DNA of 61,406 bases, filler included. It is 4 parts of 4 records of this genome, joined end to end, with 100 filler letters (N's around TTAATTAATTAA, not from the genome) between each part and the next. Parts side by side here need not be neighbours in the genome. Positions count along the whole stretch, not along the records: positions 1 to 22,081 come from DRR723986_7143; 3 more parts are not named here. One strand, written 5' to 3'. The translations under genes were made by a program, and so were the position numbers. The first letter of the stretch is position 1. Each line of letters opens with the position of its first letter. Shown piece by piece: positions 1 to 10,041 of this stretch. The notes under the pieces are model-generated. The model was not told where the DNA came from and searched no databases. It saw nothing but the letters and a program-made list of their open reading frames with translations.

Positions 1-43
1 CCCCTCGCCCCTCCCCCGGCCCTTTGACAAAGGATAACACATC

Positions 44-2491
44 ATGACCCTTCCCACCCATGCCCGTGTGGTCATCATTGGCGGCGGCGTTGTTGGCTGT
101 TCGGTTGCCTATCACCTGACCAAGCTCGGCTGGCAGGATGTGGTGCTCTTGGAACGCAAACAGCTGACGTCGGGCACAACTTGGCACGCCGCGGGGCTGA
201 TCGGGCAGCTGCGCGCCTCGTCGAATATGACAAAACTGGCCCGCTATTCGGCCGAGCTTTACACCGGGCTCGAGGCCGAAACAGGGGTGGCCACGGGCTT
301 TCGTCAGGTCGGCTCGATTTCGGCCGCCCTCACCGCCGAGCGGCTGGAAGAGCTGCACCGCAACGCCGCCATGGCGCGCGCCTTTGGCGTGCCCGTGGAA
401 GAGCTGTCGCCAAGCGAAATCAAGGCGCGCTACCCGCATCTGAACATCGCCGATGTCACCGGCGGGGTGTGGCTGCCCACCGATGGCCAGGCCGACCCGG
501 CCAATATTGCCCTGGCCCTGGCCAAAGGGGCACGCATGCGCGGCGCGGTGATCGCCGAGCGCACAGGCGTGCGCGCCATTCACCGGCAAGGGCGGCGGGT
601 AACCGGGGTTGACTGGGTCAGCGATGATGGCGCTGATACGGGCCATATCGCCTGTGATATGATCGTCAATTGCGCCGGCATGTGGGGCCATCAGGTGGGG
701 CGCATGGCGGGCGTAAACGTGCCGCTGCATGCGTGCGAGCATTTCTATATCGTCTCCGAACCCATCCAGGGCCTGGGCGCGCTGCCGGTGCTGCGGGTGC
801 CCGACGAATGCGCCTATTACAAGGAAGATGCCGGCAAAATGATGCTGGGCGCGTTTGAACCTGTGGCCAAGCCATGGGGCATGGCAGGCATCCCCGACAG
901 TTTCGAATTTGACCAGCTGCCCGAAGATTTCGACCATTTCGAACCCATTCTCGAAGCGGCAGTGAACCGCATGCCGATGCTGGGCGAGGCGGGCATCCAC
1001 ACCTTCTTTAACGGGCCAGAAAGCTTTACCCCAGATGATGCCTACCATCTGGGCCTTGCCCCCGAGATGGATAATGTCTGGGTGGCGGCCGGGTTCAACT
1101 CGATCGGCATTCAATCGGCGGGCGGCGCGGGCCATGCCCTGTCGTATTGGATGGAGAGCGGCGAGAAACCGTTTGATCTGGGCGATGTTGATATCGCCCG
1201 CATGCAGCCCTTTCAGGGCAATAAAACCTATCTCTACCAGCGGTCTACAGAAACACTGGGCCTGCTTTATGCCGATCACTACCCCTACCGCCAAAAAGCC
1301 ACGGCGCGCGGTGTGCGGCGCACGCCGTTTCATGCGCAATTGGCCCAACAGGGGGCAGTTTTTGGCGAATTAGCCGGGTGGGAGCGGGCCAATTGGTATG
1401 CCAACCCGGGCCAGGACCCCAGCTACAGCTATTCGTGGAAACGGCAGAATTTCTTTGCCAATGTTGGCGCCGAACTGGCCGCGGTGCGCCGCAACCTGGG
1501 CATGTATGATATGTCGTCTTTTGGCAAATTGCGGGTCGAGGGGCCGCAGGCCGAGGCGTTTTTGAACCATGTGTGCGGCAATGATATGTCAGTGCCGGTT
1601 GGGCGCATCGTTTACACCCAGTTTCTCAACAAAACCGGTGGTATCGAGGCCGATGTTACCGTAACCCGCCTGTCGGAAACCGCCTATCTGGTGGTCACGC
1701 CTGCCGCAACGCGGCTGGCCGATGAAACCTGGATGCGCCGCCATATCGGCGATTTTTCGGTGGTGATCACCGATGTCACCGCGGCCGAGGGCGTGCTGGC
1801 GGTGATGGGCCCACAGGCGCGCCACTTGATGCAAAAGGTCAGCCCGAACGATTTTTCAAATGCCACCAACCCGTTTGGCACCATGCAAGAGATCGAGATT
1901 GGCATGGGGCTGGCGCGCGCGCATCGTGTCTCTTACGTGGGCGAGCTGGGCTGGGAGATCTATGTCAGCGCCGATATGGCCGGGCATGTGTTTGAAACGC
2001 TGTTTGAGGCGGGCCAGGATCTGGGGCTGAAACTATGCGGCATGCATATGATGGATTGCGCGCGCATCGAAAAGGCATTTCGCCATTTCGGCCATGATAT
2101 CACCTGCGAGGATCACGTGCTTGAGGCAGGGCTAGGTTTTGCCGTGAAAACCGACAAACCCGCCTTTATCGGGCGCGAGGCGGTGCTGGCCAAGAAAGAG
2201 GCAGGGCTGGCGCGGCGCTTGGTGCAATTCCGCCTGACCGATCCCGAGCCGCTGCTTTATCATAACGAGCCGGTTTTGCGCGACGGGCAAATTGTGGGCT
2301 ATCTCAGCTCGGGCGCCTATGGGCATCATTTGGGCGGGGCCATCGGCATGGGCTATGTGCCCTGCGCGGGCGAAACTGCGGCGCAGCTGCTGGCCTCGCG
2401 CTATGAGATCGATGTGGCAGGCACCCGCGTGCTGGCCGAGGCCTCGCTGAAACCCATGTACGACCCCAGCGGCGCCCGCGCCAAAGCCTAA
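44..2491 (+). CDS. GcvT-family FAD-dependent oxidoreductase (sarcosine/dimethylglycine dehydrogenase-like)
   Basis: 815 aa; N-terminal GGGVVG FAD motif, TSGTTWHAAG, NGPESFTPD; C-terminal folate-binding GcvT domain (DMSSFGK, SYVGELGWE, RIEK); RBS-like AAGGA upstream. Confidence 0.9.
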   Translation: MTLPTHARVVIIGGGVVGCSVAYHLTKLGWQDVVLLERKQLTSGTTWHAAGLIGQLRASSNMTKLARYSAELYTGLEAETGVATGFRQVGSISAALTAERLEELHRNAAMARAFGVPVEELSPSEIKARYPHLNIADVTGGVWLPTDGQADPANIALALAKGARMRGAVIAERTGVRAIHRQGRRVTGVDWVSDDGADTGHIACDMIVNCAGMWGHQVGRMAGVNVPLHACEHFYIVSEPIQGLGALPVLRVPDECAYYKEDAGKMMLGAFEPVAKPWGMAGIPDSFEFDQLPEDFDHFEPILEAAVNRMPMLGEAGIHTFFNGPESFTPDDAYHLGLAPEMDNVWVAAGFNSIGIQSAGGAGHALSYWMESGEKPFDLGDVDIARMQPFQGNKTYLYQRSTETLGLLYADHYPYRQKATARGVRRTPFHAQLAQQGAVFGELAGWERANWYANPGQDPSYSYSWKRQNFFANVGAELAAVRRNLGMYDMSSFGKLRVEGPQAEAFLNHVCGNDMSVPVGRIVYTQFLNKTGGIEADVTVTRLSETAYLVVTPAATRLADETWMRRHIGDFSVVITDVTAAEGVLAVMGPQARHLMQKVSPNDFSNATNPFGTMQEIEIGMGLARAHRVSYVGELGWEIYVSADMAGHVFETLFEAGQDLGLKLCGMHMMDCARIEKAFRHFGHDITCEDHVLEAGLGFAVKTDKPAFIGREAVLAKKEAGLARRLVQFRLTDPEPLLYHNEPVLRDGQIVGYLSSGAYGHHLGGAIGMGYVPCAGETAAQLLASRYEIDVAGTRVLAEASLKPMYDPSGARAKA

Positions 2492-2553
2492 ATCTTTACT
2501 GCCCCGCCCAGCGGCCCTATGCTGGCCCGGGCGGGGCATAAGGACCAGATGAT

Positions 2554-3126
2554 ATGAAAAACGCAGGCATGACGCCACACACGGGGCTGGGGCTGTGCCT
2601 GGCTGTTTTGCTTGCTATGCCGGCCGTGGCGCAAATGGCCAGCCAGCACAGCCATACCCATATGCACCAACCCCACCAGCACGATATGGCCCGTATGCCC
2701 GGCCTGCAGGGGCGCGATACAACCGCCGAAGAAGTGGGCGATATGGCGGCGATGTTTCGCCAGTTTCCCAGCCTGTCACGGCAGGTGACGCTGCTGCCAA
2801 ATGGCATTCGCACCGAAACCAGCACCGCCGATCCCGCCCTGCGCGACGCGCTGCTGCGCCATGTCATTGGCATGATCGACCGGGTCGATACCGGGCGCGA
2901 CCCAAAGGTGCGCATTCAAAGCCCGACATTGGATATTATCTTTGCCCGGCGCGATCGGCTGCAAACCCAGATCGATCTGACCGACACCGGGGTGGTGGTG
3001 GTGCAAACATCTGATGACCCCGAATTGGTGGCCGCGCTGCAAACCCATGCAGCCGAGGTCAGCGATATGGCCGCGCGCGGCATGCATGCGGTGCACGAGG
3101 CGATGGCGCGGCGCATGCAGCAATAA
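2554..3126 (+). CDS. Exported His/Met-rich hypothetical protein with two internal repeats
   Basis: Signal-peptide-like N-terminus (..LAMPAVA-Q), QHSHTHMHQPHQH tract, AAGGA RBS upstream, terminator downstream. Confidence 0.75.
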   Translation: MKNAGMTPHTGLGLCLAVLLAMPAVAQMASQHSHTHMHQPHQHDMARMPGLQGRDTTAEEVGDMAAMFRQFPSLSRQVTLLPNGIRTETSTADPALRDALLRHVIGMIDRVDTGRDPKVRIQSPTLDIIFARRDRLQTQIDLTDTGVVVVQTSDDPELVAALQTHAAEVSDMAARGMHAVHEAMARRMQQ

Positions 3127-3156
3127 AAAACAGGCAGGCGGGGGCCTGCCTGTTTT
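3127..3156. terminator. Bidirectional intrinsic terminator
   Basis: AAAACAGGCAGGC-GGGG-GCCTGCCTGTTTT perfect stem between convergent genes. Confidence 0.8.
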
Positions 3157-3176
3157 CAAGCTGTGCGACATGGCTG

Positions 3177-4217
3177 TCAGATCACCTTGACGATCTGCTT
3201 GCCCCTGTTGCGCCCCACCAGCATGCCCATAAAGGCCTGCGGTGCGTTTTCCAGCCCTTCGGCGATGTCTTCGACAAATTTCACCTGGCCTGCGGCCACC
3301 ATCGGCCCCACCTCGGCCAAAAAGCCCGGGTAATCGGCCCAGTGATCAGAAATGATAAACCCATGCACATGCAGGCGGTTCACCAAGATCGTGCGCCACA
3401 ACTTGGGCAGGTTGTCTTTCGCGCCCCCCGCATTGGCCCCCAGGGCGCCGGCATTATACCAGCTGATCATGCCGCACACAGGAATGCGCCCGCCCACGTT
3501 CATCAGCGGCATAACGCCCTCTAGAACCTTGCCAGCGACGTTTTCAAAATAGATATCCACGCCCTTTGGGCAGGCCTCGGCCAGGGCGGCACGCATGGCG
3601 GCGGCATCGGCGTAATCGTGGTGGTTCAGGCAGATATCAAACCCAAAGGTTTCGCGCGCCATGGCGCATTTTTCAGCCCCTCCTGCCACGCCCACCACAT
3701 GGCACCCACGGGCCTTGGCGATTTGCCCCACCATCGAGCCCACAGGCCCGGTGGCGGCCGCCACCACCACGGTTTCACCCGCTTTCGGCTGGCCATATTG
3801 GGTTAGCCCATACCAGCCGGTAAAGCCCGGCATGCCCAGCACACCCAGCGCCGCGGTGATCGGGCCATGGGCCGGGTCAAGTTTACGGATCATCTTGGCA
3901 GGCTGCACACCATGGGTGGCCCAGCCAAACATGCCAAAGGCAAAATCGCCAGGCTGAAAGCCCGGGTCGTTCGAGGCGATCACCTCGCCCACAGCGCCCC
4001 CCTCCATTGTGCCACCAAGGGGCACAGGGGTGGCATAAGATTTCGCATCATCCATACGCCCGCGCATATACGGATCAAGCGACATGTAATGCACGCGCAC
4101 CAGCACCTCGCCCGGGCCGGGGGTGGGGATGGGCGCCTCTTCCAGGCGGAAATCTTCGTCGGTCGGGGCGCCTACGGGGCGGCGCGCCAATGCGATGCGC
4201 TTCATTGTCTCGGTCAT
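3177..4217 (-). CDS. NADP-dependent alkenal/one oxidoreductase (CurA / prostaglandin reductase-like MDR)
   Basis: LARRPVG, MSLDPYMRGRM, LGVLGMPGFTG, AATGPVG, GLENAPQAF..GRNRGK motifs. Confidence 0.9.
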   Translation of the reverse strand: MTETMKRIALARRPVGAPTDEDFRLEEAPIPTPGPGEVLVRVHYMSLDPYMRGRMDDAKSYATPVPLGGTMEGGAVGEVIASNDPGFQPGDFAFGMFGWATHGVQPAKMIRKLDPAHGPITAALGVLGMPGFTGWYGLTQYGQPKAGETVVVAAATGPVGSMVGQIAKARGCHVVGVAGGAEKCAMARETFGFDICLNHHDYADAAAMRAALAEACPKGVDIYFENVAGKVLEGVMPLMNVGGRIPVCGMISWYNAGALGANAGGAKDNLPKLWRTILVNRLHVHGFIISDHWADYPGFLAEVGPMVAAGQVKFVEDIAEGLENAPQAFMGMLVGRNRGKQIVKVI

Positions 4218-4242
4218 TTCGCGTTTCCCTTTTAATGATCGT

Positions 4243-4641
4243 TTAGCGGCCGCGGTAGCGGAACACGCCGGTGCCTGTGGCGATCAATTCGCCGGTTTCG
4301 TCGGTGATCTTGCCTTCGGCAAAATAGGTTTTGCGCCCACCGCCCGTGCGCCGCCCCTCGCCGATCAGCAGCTGGCCTTTGGCCTGCGACAAAAACTGCG
4401 TGGTCAATGACAGCGTCATGCATTGCTGCGGCGCATCTGGCGTGCCGGTATAGCTGCCCGCAAACCCCATAACCGTATCCAGCATCACCGCATGCACACC
4501 GCCATGCACAATGCCAAAACGGTTGCCCAGAAATTCCACGATGGGCAGCTCAAAGCGCGCGTAGCCCGTGGACCAGTCGGTGATGTAAAACCCCAGATGC
4601 GCTTGCAGCGGGTAGGGTGGCTCTATCAGTTTCGGATCCAT
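4243..4641 (-). CDS. PaaI-family hotdog thioesterase
   Basis: N.FGIVHGG...MLD motif; start taken at MDPKL. Confidence 0.85.
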   Translation of the reverse strand: MDPKLIEPPYPLQAHLGFYITDWSTGYARFELPIVEFLGNRFGIVHGGVHAVMLDTVMGFAGSYTGTPDAPQQCMTLSLTTQFLSQAKGQLLIGEGRRTGGGRKTYFAEGKITDETGELIATGTGVFRYRGR

Positions 4642-4648
4642 CTTTGCC

Positions 4649-5683
4649 TCAAACAGTTTTGGCGGCGTCAAGCCCCGCTTGGGCAAAGCGCGGCACGAAT
4701 TCACCCAGCATCATCGCGCGTTCTGGGTTCGAGGCATTGCCATCCAGCGCGCGTTTCAACACCCCTTGAATGATTGCCCCCATGCGGAAGAAATTGAACG
4801 CCAGATAAAAGCCCAGCCGGTCGATCCCGGCCAAGCCGCGGCGCTGGCAATAGGCATCTACGAATTCGTCATCGCTCATCAGCCCCTGCGCGTGGCGATC
4901 TACCCCCGCCAGGCCACGCCCCTCGGTGCCGGGGGGCATAGACCATTGCATCAAAACAGCGCCCAGATCGGCATAGGGATGGCCGGTTGTAGACAGCTCC
5001 CAATCCAGCACCGCGGCACAGCGCGGGGCGTCTGCGGCAAAGAGCATATTGTCGATGCGGTAATCACCATGCACCAAGGTGCGCTGCCCATCATCGGCGG
5101 GCAGATTGGCCTGCAGCCAGACAATCAGCTCTTCCATGGCGGGGATATTTTGGGTTTCGCTGGCGCGATACTGCTTTGTCCAGCGCCCCACTTGGCGCTC
5201 GTAATAATTGCCCTCGGGGCCATAATCGGCCAGGCCCACAGCGCCCAGATCGACGCTGTGAATAGCGGCCAAAACGCGGTTCATTTCGTCAATGATGGCG
5301 CGGCGCTGGCCCTGTTCTAATTCGGGCAGGCGCGGGTCGTTGAAATGGCGCCCCTCGACATGCTGCATGACATAGAACATCGATCCGATCACGGCATCAT
5401 CTTCGCACAGCACATGCATTTGCGCCACGGGCACATCGCTGCCCCAAAGCGCGCGCTGCACGCGAAACTCGCGGTCTACCGCATGGGCCGATTTCAACAA
5501 TTGCCCCGGCGGTTTGCGGCGCAGCACATAGCTGGCGGTGGGGGTTTTCAGCAAAAATGTCGGGTTCGATTGGCCACCGGCAAATTTTTCCGCCGTCAGC
5601 GGGCCAGAAAACCCCGGCATCGTCTGTTCCAGCCAGGCACCTACGGCATTTACATCAATCTGTGCTGCGGCATGCGCGCTCAT
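4649..5683 (-). CDS. APH-family phosphotransferase, ACAD10/ACAD11 N-terminal kinase type
   Basis: GGQSNPT, VLRRKPPGQLLKSAHAVDREF, HGDYRIDN, LDWELSTTGHP. Confidence 0.9.
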   Translation of the reverse strand: MSAHAAAQIDVNAVGAWLEQTMPGFSGPLTAEKFAGGQSNPTFLLKTPTASYVLRRKPPGQLLKSAHAVDREFRVQRALWGSDVPVAQMHVLCEDDAVIGSMFYVMQHVEGRHFNDPRLPELEQGQRRAIIDEMNRVLAAIHSVDLGAVGLADYGPEGNYYERQVGRWTKQYRASETQNIPAMEELIVWLQANLPADDGQRTLVHGDYRIDNMLFAADAPRCAAVLDWELSTTGHPYADLGAVLMQWSMPPGTEGRGLAGVDRHAQGLMSDDEFVDAYCQRRGLAGIDRLGFYLAFNFFRMGAIIQGVLKRALDGNASNPERAMMLGEFVPRFAQAGLDAAKTV

Positions 5684-5693
5684 ACCGGCCTCC

Positions 5694-6359
5694 TTAACTA
5701 TAGGTCAAAAGCGTGTCTTGATTGTCGCCGTCGATATGGGGGGTTTCATTGAAACTGCCCAAATGTTCGGCCTTTGGCGTGGCCACGATGCGCGTGACCG
5801 AGCAGTTTTTGATCTGCAACTGCAAGCGGATCATGGCATCGGCCGGCGCGCCCATAATTTCAGCCACGCTTTGGCCGATGGCCCCGCCCGAGGTAACAAC
5901 CATCACCTGTTCATGCCCACCTGCCATGGCCTGGGCGCGCGCATCGCGCACGCGGGCGGCAAAATCGGCATAGGGTTCTGGTGGGTTTTCTATCTCGTTT
6001 CGCTGCCATTCCAGCACGGTTTCGCGCAGGGTTTTGAAATGGCTGCGCCGGTCTGTGTGCATGTTGTCTGGCGCCGGGCGATTGCGATAGCGCGCGTTCA
6101 ACAGGCCGCCAAAATCAAACTCGTTAAAGCCGGGCAAAATGCCATCAACCGCCCCATAGCCCAGGGCCAGGTTGATGCCCTCCCATGTTTCGCGATGGCG
6201 GCGTTGCGCGCCGATAAACACCGCGCTTGGGCGCGCGCCCAGGGCTTGCAGCGCCACACCCAGCGCCTGCGATTGCACATGCCCCAGATCTGACAGCTTA
6301 TCGTAATCAGCGGCCCCAAAACTGGCCTGTGCATGCCGGATCAACCATAGCTCAGCCAT
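5694..6359 (-). CDS. Histidine phosphatase family protein
   Basis: LIRHAQASFGAADYDKLS (RHG-type motif), NEFD, VVTSGG; overlaps upstream gene by 8 nt. Confidence 0.88.
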   Translation of the reverse strand: MAELWLIRHAQASFGAADYDKLSDLGHVQSQALGVALQALGARPSAVFIGAQRRHRETWEGINLALGYGAVDGILPGFNEFDFGGLLNARYRNRPAPDNMHTDRRSHFKTLRETVLEWQRNEIENPPEPYADFAARVRDARAQAMAGGHEQVMVVTSGGAIGQSVAEIMGAPADAMIRLQLQIKNCSVTRIVATPKAEHLGSFNETPHIDGDNQDTLLTYS

Positions 6360-7332
6360 CGATCACACCCCGCATACGGGCCTTGGCCGCATCATATTCC
6401 TGTGCCAAACGCGCCACCAATTCGGCCGCGGGCTGCACCTGTTTGATGGCCCCAATACCCTGGCCTGCGCCCCAGATTTCTTTCCAGCTTTTGGGCTTTT
6501 CGCGGTTGGCGCCAAAGTTCATCGCGCTTGGGTCGGATTCGGGCAGGTTGTCTGGATCCATGCCCGCGCGGGCGATTGAAGGTTTCAGGTAATTGCCCCA
6601 AACCCCGGTAAAGAGCGAGGAATACACAATATCTTCGGCGCCGCATTCGGTGATCATGCGCTTGTAATCGGGGTCGGCCCCGGCCTCGGCTGTGGCGATG
6701 AAGGGCGAACCGATATAGGCCAAATCGGCCCCCATCGCCTGCGCCGCCAGGATAGAGCTGCCATTGGCGATGGCGCCTGACAGCAACAAAGGCCCATCAA
6801 ACCATTCCCGAATTTCCGAGATCAAGGCCAGGGGCGATTGCGCGCCTGCGTGCCCACCCGCACCAGCGGCCACCGCGATCAGCCCGTCGGCACCCTTTTC
6901 GATGGCTTTTTTGGCAAAGGTGTTGTTGATGATATCGTGCAAGGTGATGCCACCACAGGCATGGGCGGCCTCGTTCACCTCGACCCGCGCACCCAGCGAG
7001 GTGATCCACACCGGCACCTTCCATTTGTGGCAAATTTCGATATCGCGTTCCAGCCGCGTATTCGAGCGGTGCACAATCTGGTTCACCGCATAGGGGGCGG
7101 CGGGGCTGTCTGGGTTTGCCTGGTTGTAGCGGTCCAGCTCTTCGGTGATGCGTTGCAGCCACCGCTCTAGCATGATCGGCTCGCCCTCGGCCTCGCGGGC
7201 GTTCAGCGCCGGAAACGAGCCGATGATGCCCGCCTTGCACTGGGCAATCACCAAATCAGGGTTCGAGATGATAAACAGCGGCGAGCCGACAACCGGCAGG
7301 CGCAGCGTGTCAAAGAGCGCGGGCAAAGCCAT
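6352..7332 (-). CDS. Nitronate monooxygenase / FabK-like FMN-dependent oxidoreductase
   Basis: PLFIISNP, GAGGHAG, LSGAIANG, AYIGSPFIAT, WGAGQG; start at MALPAL. Confidence 0.88.
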   Translation of the reverse strand: MALPALFDTLRLPVVGSPLFIISNPDLVIAQCKAGIIGSFPALNAREAEGEPIMLERWLQRITEELDRYNQANPDSPAAPYAVNQIVHRSNTRLERDIEICHKWKVPVWITSLGARVEVNEAAHACGGITLHDIINNTFAKKAIEKGADGLIAVAAGAGGHAGAQSPLALISEIREWFDGPLLLSGAIANGSSILAAQAMGADLAYIGSPFIATAEAGADPDYKRMITECGAEDIVYSSLFTGVWGNYLKPSIARAGMDPDNLPESDPSAMNFGANREKPKSWKEIWGAGQGIGAIKQVQPAAELVARLAQEYDAAKARMRGVIDG

Positions 7333-7429
7333 GGGTTTTCCTTCATCATGGCGGGGCGGGCCCGCCTTTTGGCACATCGTTCAGCAGGCGCCGCCCCAGG
7401 CACAGGCCCAGGGCGGCGCAAAGGGTGAA

Positions 7430-8632
7430 TTACAGCACTTCGAACAGGCCGGCAGCCCCCATGCCACCCCCCACGCACATTGTGCACACAACATAGCGCG
7501 CCCCGCGGCGTTTGCCCTCGATCAGCGCATGGCCCACCATGCGCGCGCCCGACATGCCATAGGGGTGGCCAATGGAAATGGCGCCACCATTGACGTTTAG
7601 CAATTCCTGCGGAATGCCCAGAACGCGCGCCGATTGCAGCACTTGGCTGGCAAAGGCCTCGTTCAATTCCCACAGGCCAATATCGTCGATTTTCAGCCCG
7701 TGGGCTGCCAGCAATTTAGGCACAGCGTAGATCGGGCCAATACCCATTTCATCAGGCTCGCAGCCCGCCGCCATCACGCCCACATAGCGCCCCAATGGCT
7801 GCAGGCCGCGGCGTTCGGCTTCGGCCGCTTCCATGATCACGCTGGCCGATGCACCATCAGACAGCTGGCTGGCGTTGCCCGCGGTGATGAAACGGCCCTC
7901 GGATACTTTTTGGCCACCTTTGAACACCGGCTGCAACGCCTGCAGATCTGCCAGCTGGGTGCTGGGGCGGTTGCCCTCGTCTTTGGCCAGGGTCACGGCT
8001 TTTTCGCTGATTTCCTTGGTTTCTTTGTTCATCACCAGCATGGTGCTGTCCAACGGCACGATCTCGTCGTCGAATTTGCCTGCCTCTTGGGCTGCGGCTG
8101 TGCGCTGCTGCGATTGCAGCGCGTAGGCGTCTTGATCTTCGCGGCTGACGCCATAGCGGTCGGCCACGATTTCGGCCGTTTCCAGCATCGACATATACAG
8201 CTCGGGCTTGTTGGCTTTGGTCCAGGGGTCGGCCAGCCAATCGGTGCGCATCTTGTCGTTTTGCACCAGGCTGATCGATTCAACACCGCCGCCGATCACA
8301 ATATCCATACCATCATGGATCACCTGCTTGGCCGCGGTTGCAATGGCCATCATGCCGCTGGCGCATTGCCGGTCTAGCGACATGCCCGCCACCGATACAG
8401 GCAGGCCCGCGCGGATCACCGCCTGGCGGCCAATGTTGCCCCCGGTCGAGCCCTGCTGAATGGCGGTGCCGATGACACAATCGGAAATTTCATGCCCTTC
8501 CAGCCCAGCACGCGCCACGGCGTGTTTCACCGCATGGCCAATCAGCGCCTGCGCCGAAGTGTTATTGAAAGCACCGCGATAGGCCTTGCCGATCGGGGTG
8601 CGCGCGGTCGAGACGATTACTGCATCACGCAT
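7430..8632 (-). CDS. Acetyl-CoA C-acyltransferase (thiolase)
   Basis: RTPIGKA, RQCASG catalytic Cys, [24 protein letters not shown]. Confidence 0.95.
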   Translation of the reverse strand: MRDAVIVSTARTPIGKAYRGAFNNTSAQALIGHAVKHAVARAGLEGHEISDCVIGTAIQQGSTGGNIGRQAVIRAGLPVSVAGMSLDRQCASGMMAIATAAKQVIHDGMDIVIGGGVESISLVQNDKMRTDWLADPWTKANKPELYMSMLETAEIVADRYGVSREDQDAYALQSQQRTAAAQEAGKFDDEIVPLDSTMLVMNKETKEISEKAVTLAKDEGNRPSTQLADLQALQPVFKGGQKVSEGRFITAGNASQLSDGASASVIMEAAEAERRGLQPLGRYVGVMAAGCEPDEMGIGPIYAVPKLLAAHGLKIDDIGLWELNEAFASQVLQSARVLGIPQELLNVNGGAISIGHPYGMSGARMVGHALIEGKRRGARYVVCTMCVGGGMGAAGLFEVL

Positions 8633-8646
8633 AAACTGTTCCTTTC

Positions 8647-9579
8647 TTACTCGTTCCATGGGGCGGGCAAGCCGCGGGCTTCCGCTGCCATGCGCGCATA
8701 TTTGCGGGTTTGGGCAAAGGCATTATCCATTTCGGTTTGGCCTTCGGGATTGCGAATTTGGCCCAAGGCGGCCAGCACGCCTTCGGGTGTTAGGGCATCG
8801 CCCTGCAGGGCCACACCTGCGGTTTCATACACTTTGGTCTCGGTGAAACAGCCGGCACCGGCGCCCAAGATCATTTTGTTGGGCGCCTCTTGGCTGACCA
8901 GCATCAACAGGCCCGGGGTAATGGTTTCAGGCCGCAGCAAATCCAGCGTTTCGGGCGGCAAAAGCGCCTCGGTCATGCGGGTGGCGGCGGTGGGGGCCAG
9001 CATGTTGACATGCACATTCTTGCGCGCGCCTTCTTGGGCCAGAACATTCATCAGCCCCAGCATGGATGCTTTTGCCGCGCCATAGTTAGACTGGCCAAAA
9101 TTGCCATAAAGACCACTGGCCGAGGTGGTGAAAACAATCCGGCCATATTCGCGCCCCACCATGTGCGACCACAGCGCATGGGTGCAATTGACCGTGCCCA
9201 TCAAATGCACATCCAGCACCACGCGGAAATCCTCCAAGCTGGCCTTGGCAAAGGTTTTATCGCGCAAAATGCCGGCGTTATTGACCAAGATATCGACATG
9301 GCCAAAGGTATCGATGGCCTCGTCCACCATGGCCTGAACCTGTGCTGCATCGGTGACATTGGCACCATTGGCGATGGCCTGCCCGCCCATATCGCGGATC
9401 TCTTGCACCACCGCCTGCGCGGCCTGGCTGCTGGCGCCGGTGCCATCGGTGGCGGCGCCCAGATCGTTGACCACCACCTTGGCGCCACGCGCCGCCAAGC
9501 CCAGCGCATGGCTGCGCCCCAGCCCCACACCCGCGCCAGTTACAATGGCTACGCGGTTATCAAACCTGATCTCGCTCAT
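8647..9579 (-). CDS. SDR, MFE-2-type 3-hydroxyacyl-CoA dehydrogenase-like
   Basis: [53 protein letters not shown]. Confidence 0.88.
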   Translation of the reverse strand: MSEIRFDNRVAIVTGAGVGLGRSHALGLAARGAKVVVNDLGAATDGTGASSQAAQAVVQEIRDMGGQAIANGANVTDAAQVQAMVDEAIDTFGHVDILVNNAGILRDKTFAKASLEDFRVVLDVHLMGTVNCTHALWSHMVGREYGRIVFTTSASGLYGNFGQSNYGAAKASMLGLMNVLAQEGARKNVHVNMLAPTAATRMTEALLPPETLDLLRPETITPGLLMLVSQEAPNKMILGAGAGCFTETKVYETAGVALQGDALTPEGVLAALGQIRNPEGQTEMDNAFAQTRKYARMAAEARGLPAPWNE

Positions 9580-10040
9580 GCGTCCCCCCCAAAATAGCGC
9601 CGCCCAATCCATTCGGCGGCCAATGCCGGCTTTTCCTGGCCTTCGATTTCTACGCTGACAGCCATGATCGTGGTGATAAAGCCCGGTTTACTGTCATCCA
9701 CGCTTTTCATGGTGAAATGCGCCCGAATGCGCGCGCCCGCGGGCACCGGCGACAGGAACCGCACCTTGTCGAACCCGTAATTCACCCCCATCGCCACGCC
9801 TTCCAGCACGGGCATCTGATAGACCATGGCCGACAACATCGACAGCGTCAGAAACCCATGCGCAATGGTGCCGCCAAAGGGGGTTTCCTTTGCGGCCTCT
9901 GGATCGCAGTGAATGAACTGCCAGTCTTCGGTGACATCGGCAAAGGCATCGATGCGCTTTTGATCGATGCTGAACCAATCTGATGTGCCAAAATGCTGCC
10001 CTTCTAGGGCTTTGAGCTGGGCAAGTGTGATGGTGGACAT
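9576..10040 (-). CDS. MaoC-family (R)-enoyl-CoA hydratase/dehydratase
   Basis: FADVTEDWQFIH, GGTIAHGFLTLS, NYGFDKVRF; ATGA overlap with the SDR. Confidence 0.9.
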   Translation of the reverse strand: MSTITLAQLKALEGQHFGTSDWFSIDQKRIDAFADVTEDWQFIHCDPEAAKETPFGGTIAHGFLTLSMLSAMVYQMPVLEGVAMGVNYGFDKVRFLSPVPAGARIRAHFTMKSVDDSKPGFITTIMAVSVEIEGQEKPALAAEWIGRRYFGGDA

Positions 10041-10041
10041 G

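Noticed and set aside
44-2491. GcvT-domain gene near a DmdB-like ligase as a DMSP demethylation locus
   Set aside because: The 815-aa DAO+GcvT architecture is not DmdA, which is GcvT-only. It is 11 kb away and separated by terminators
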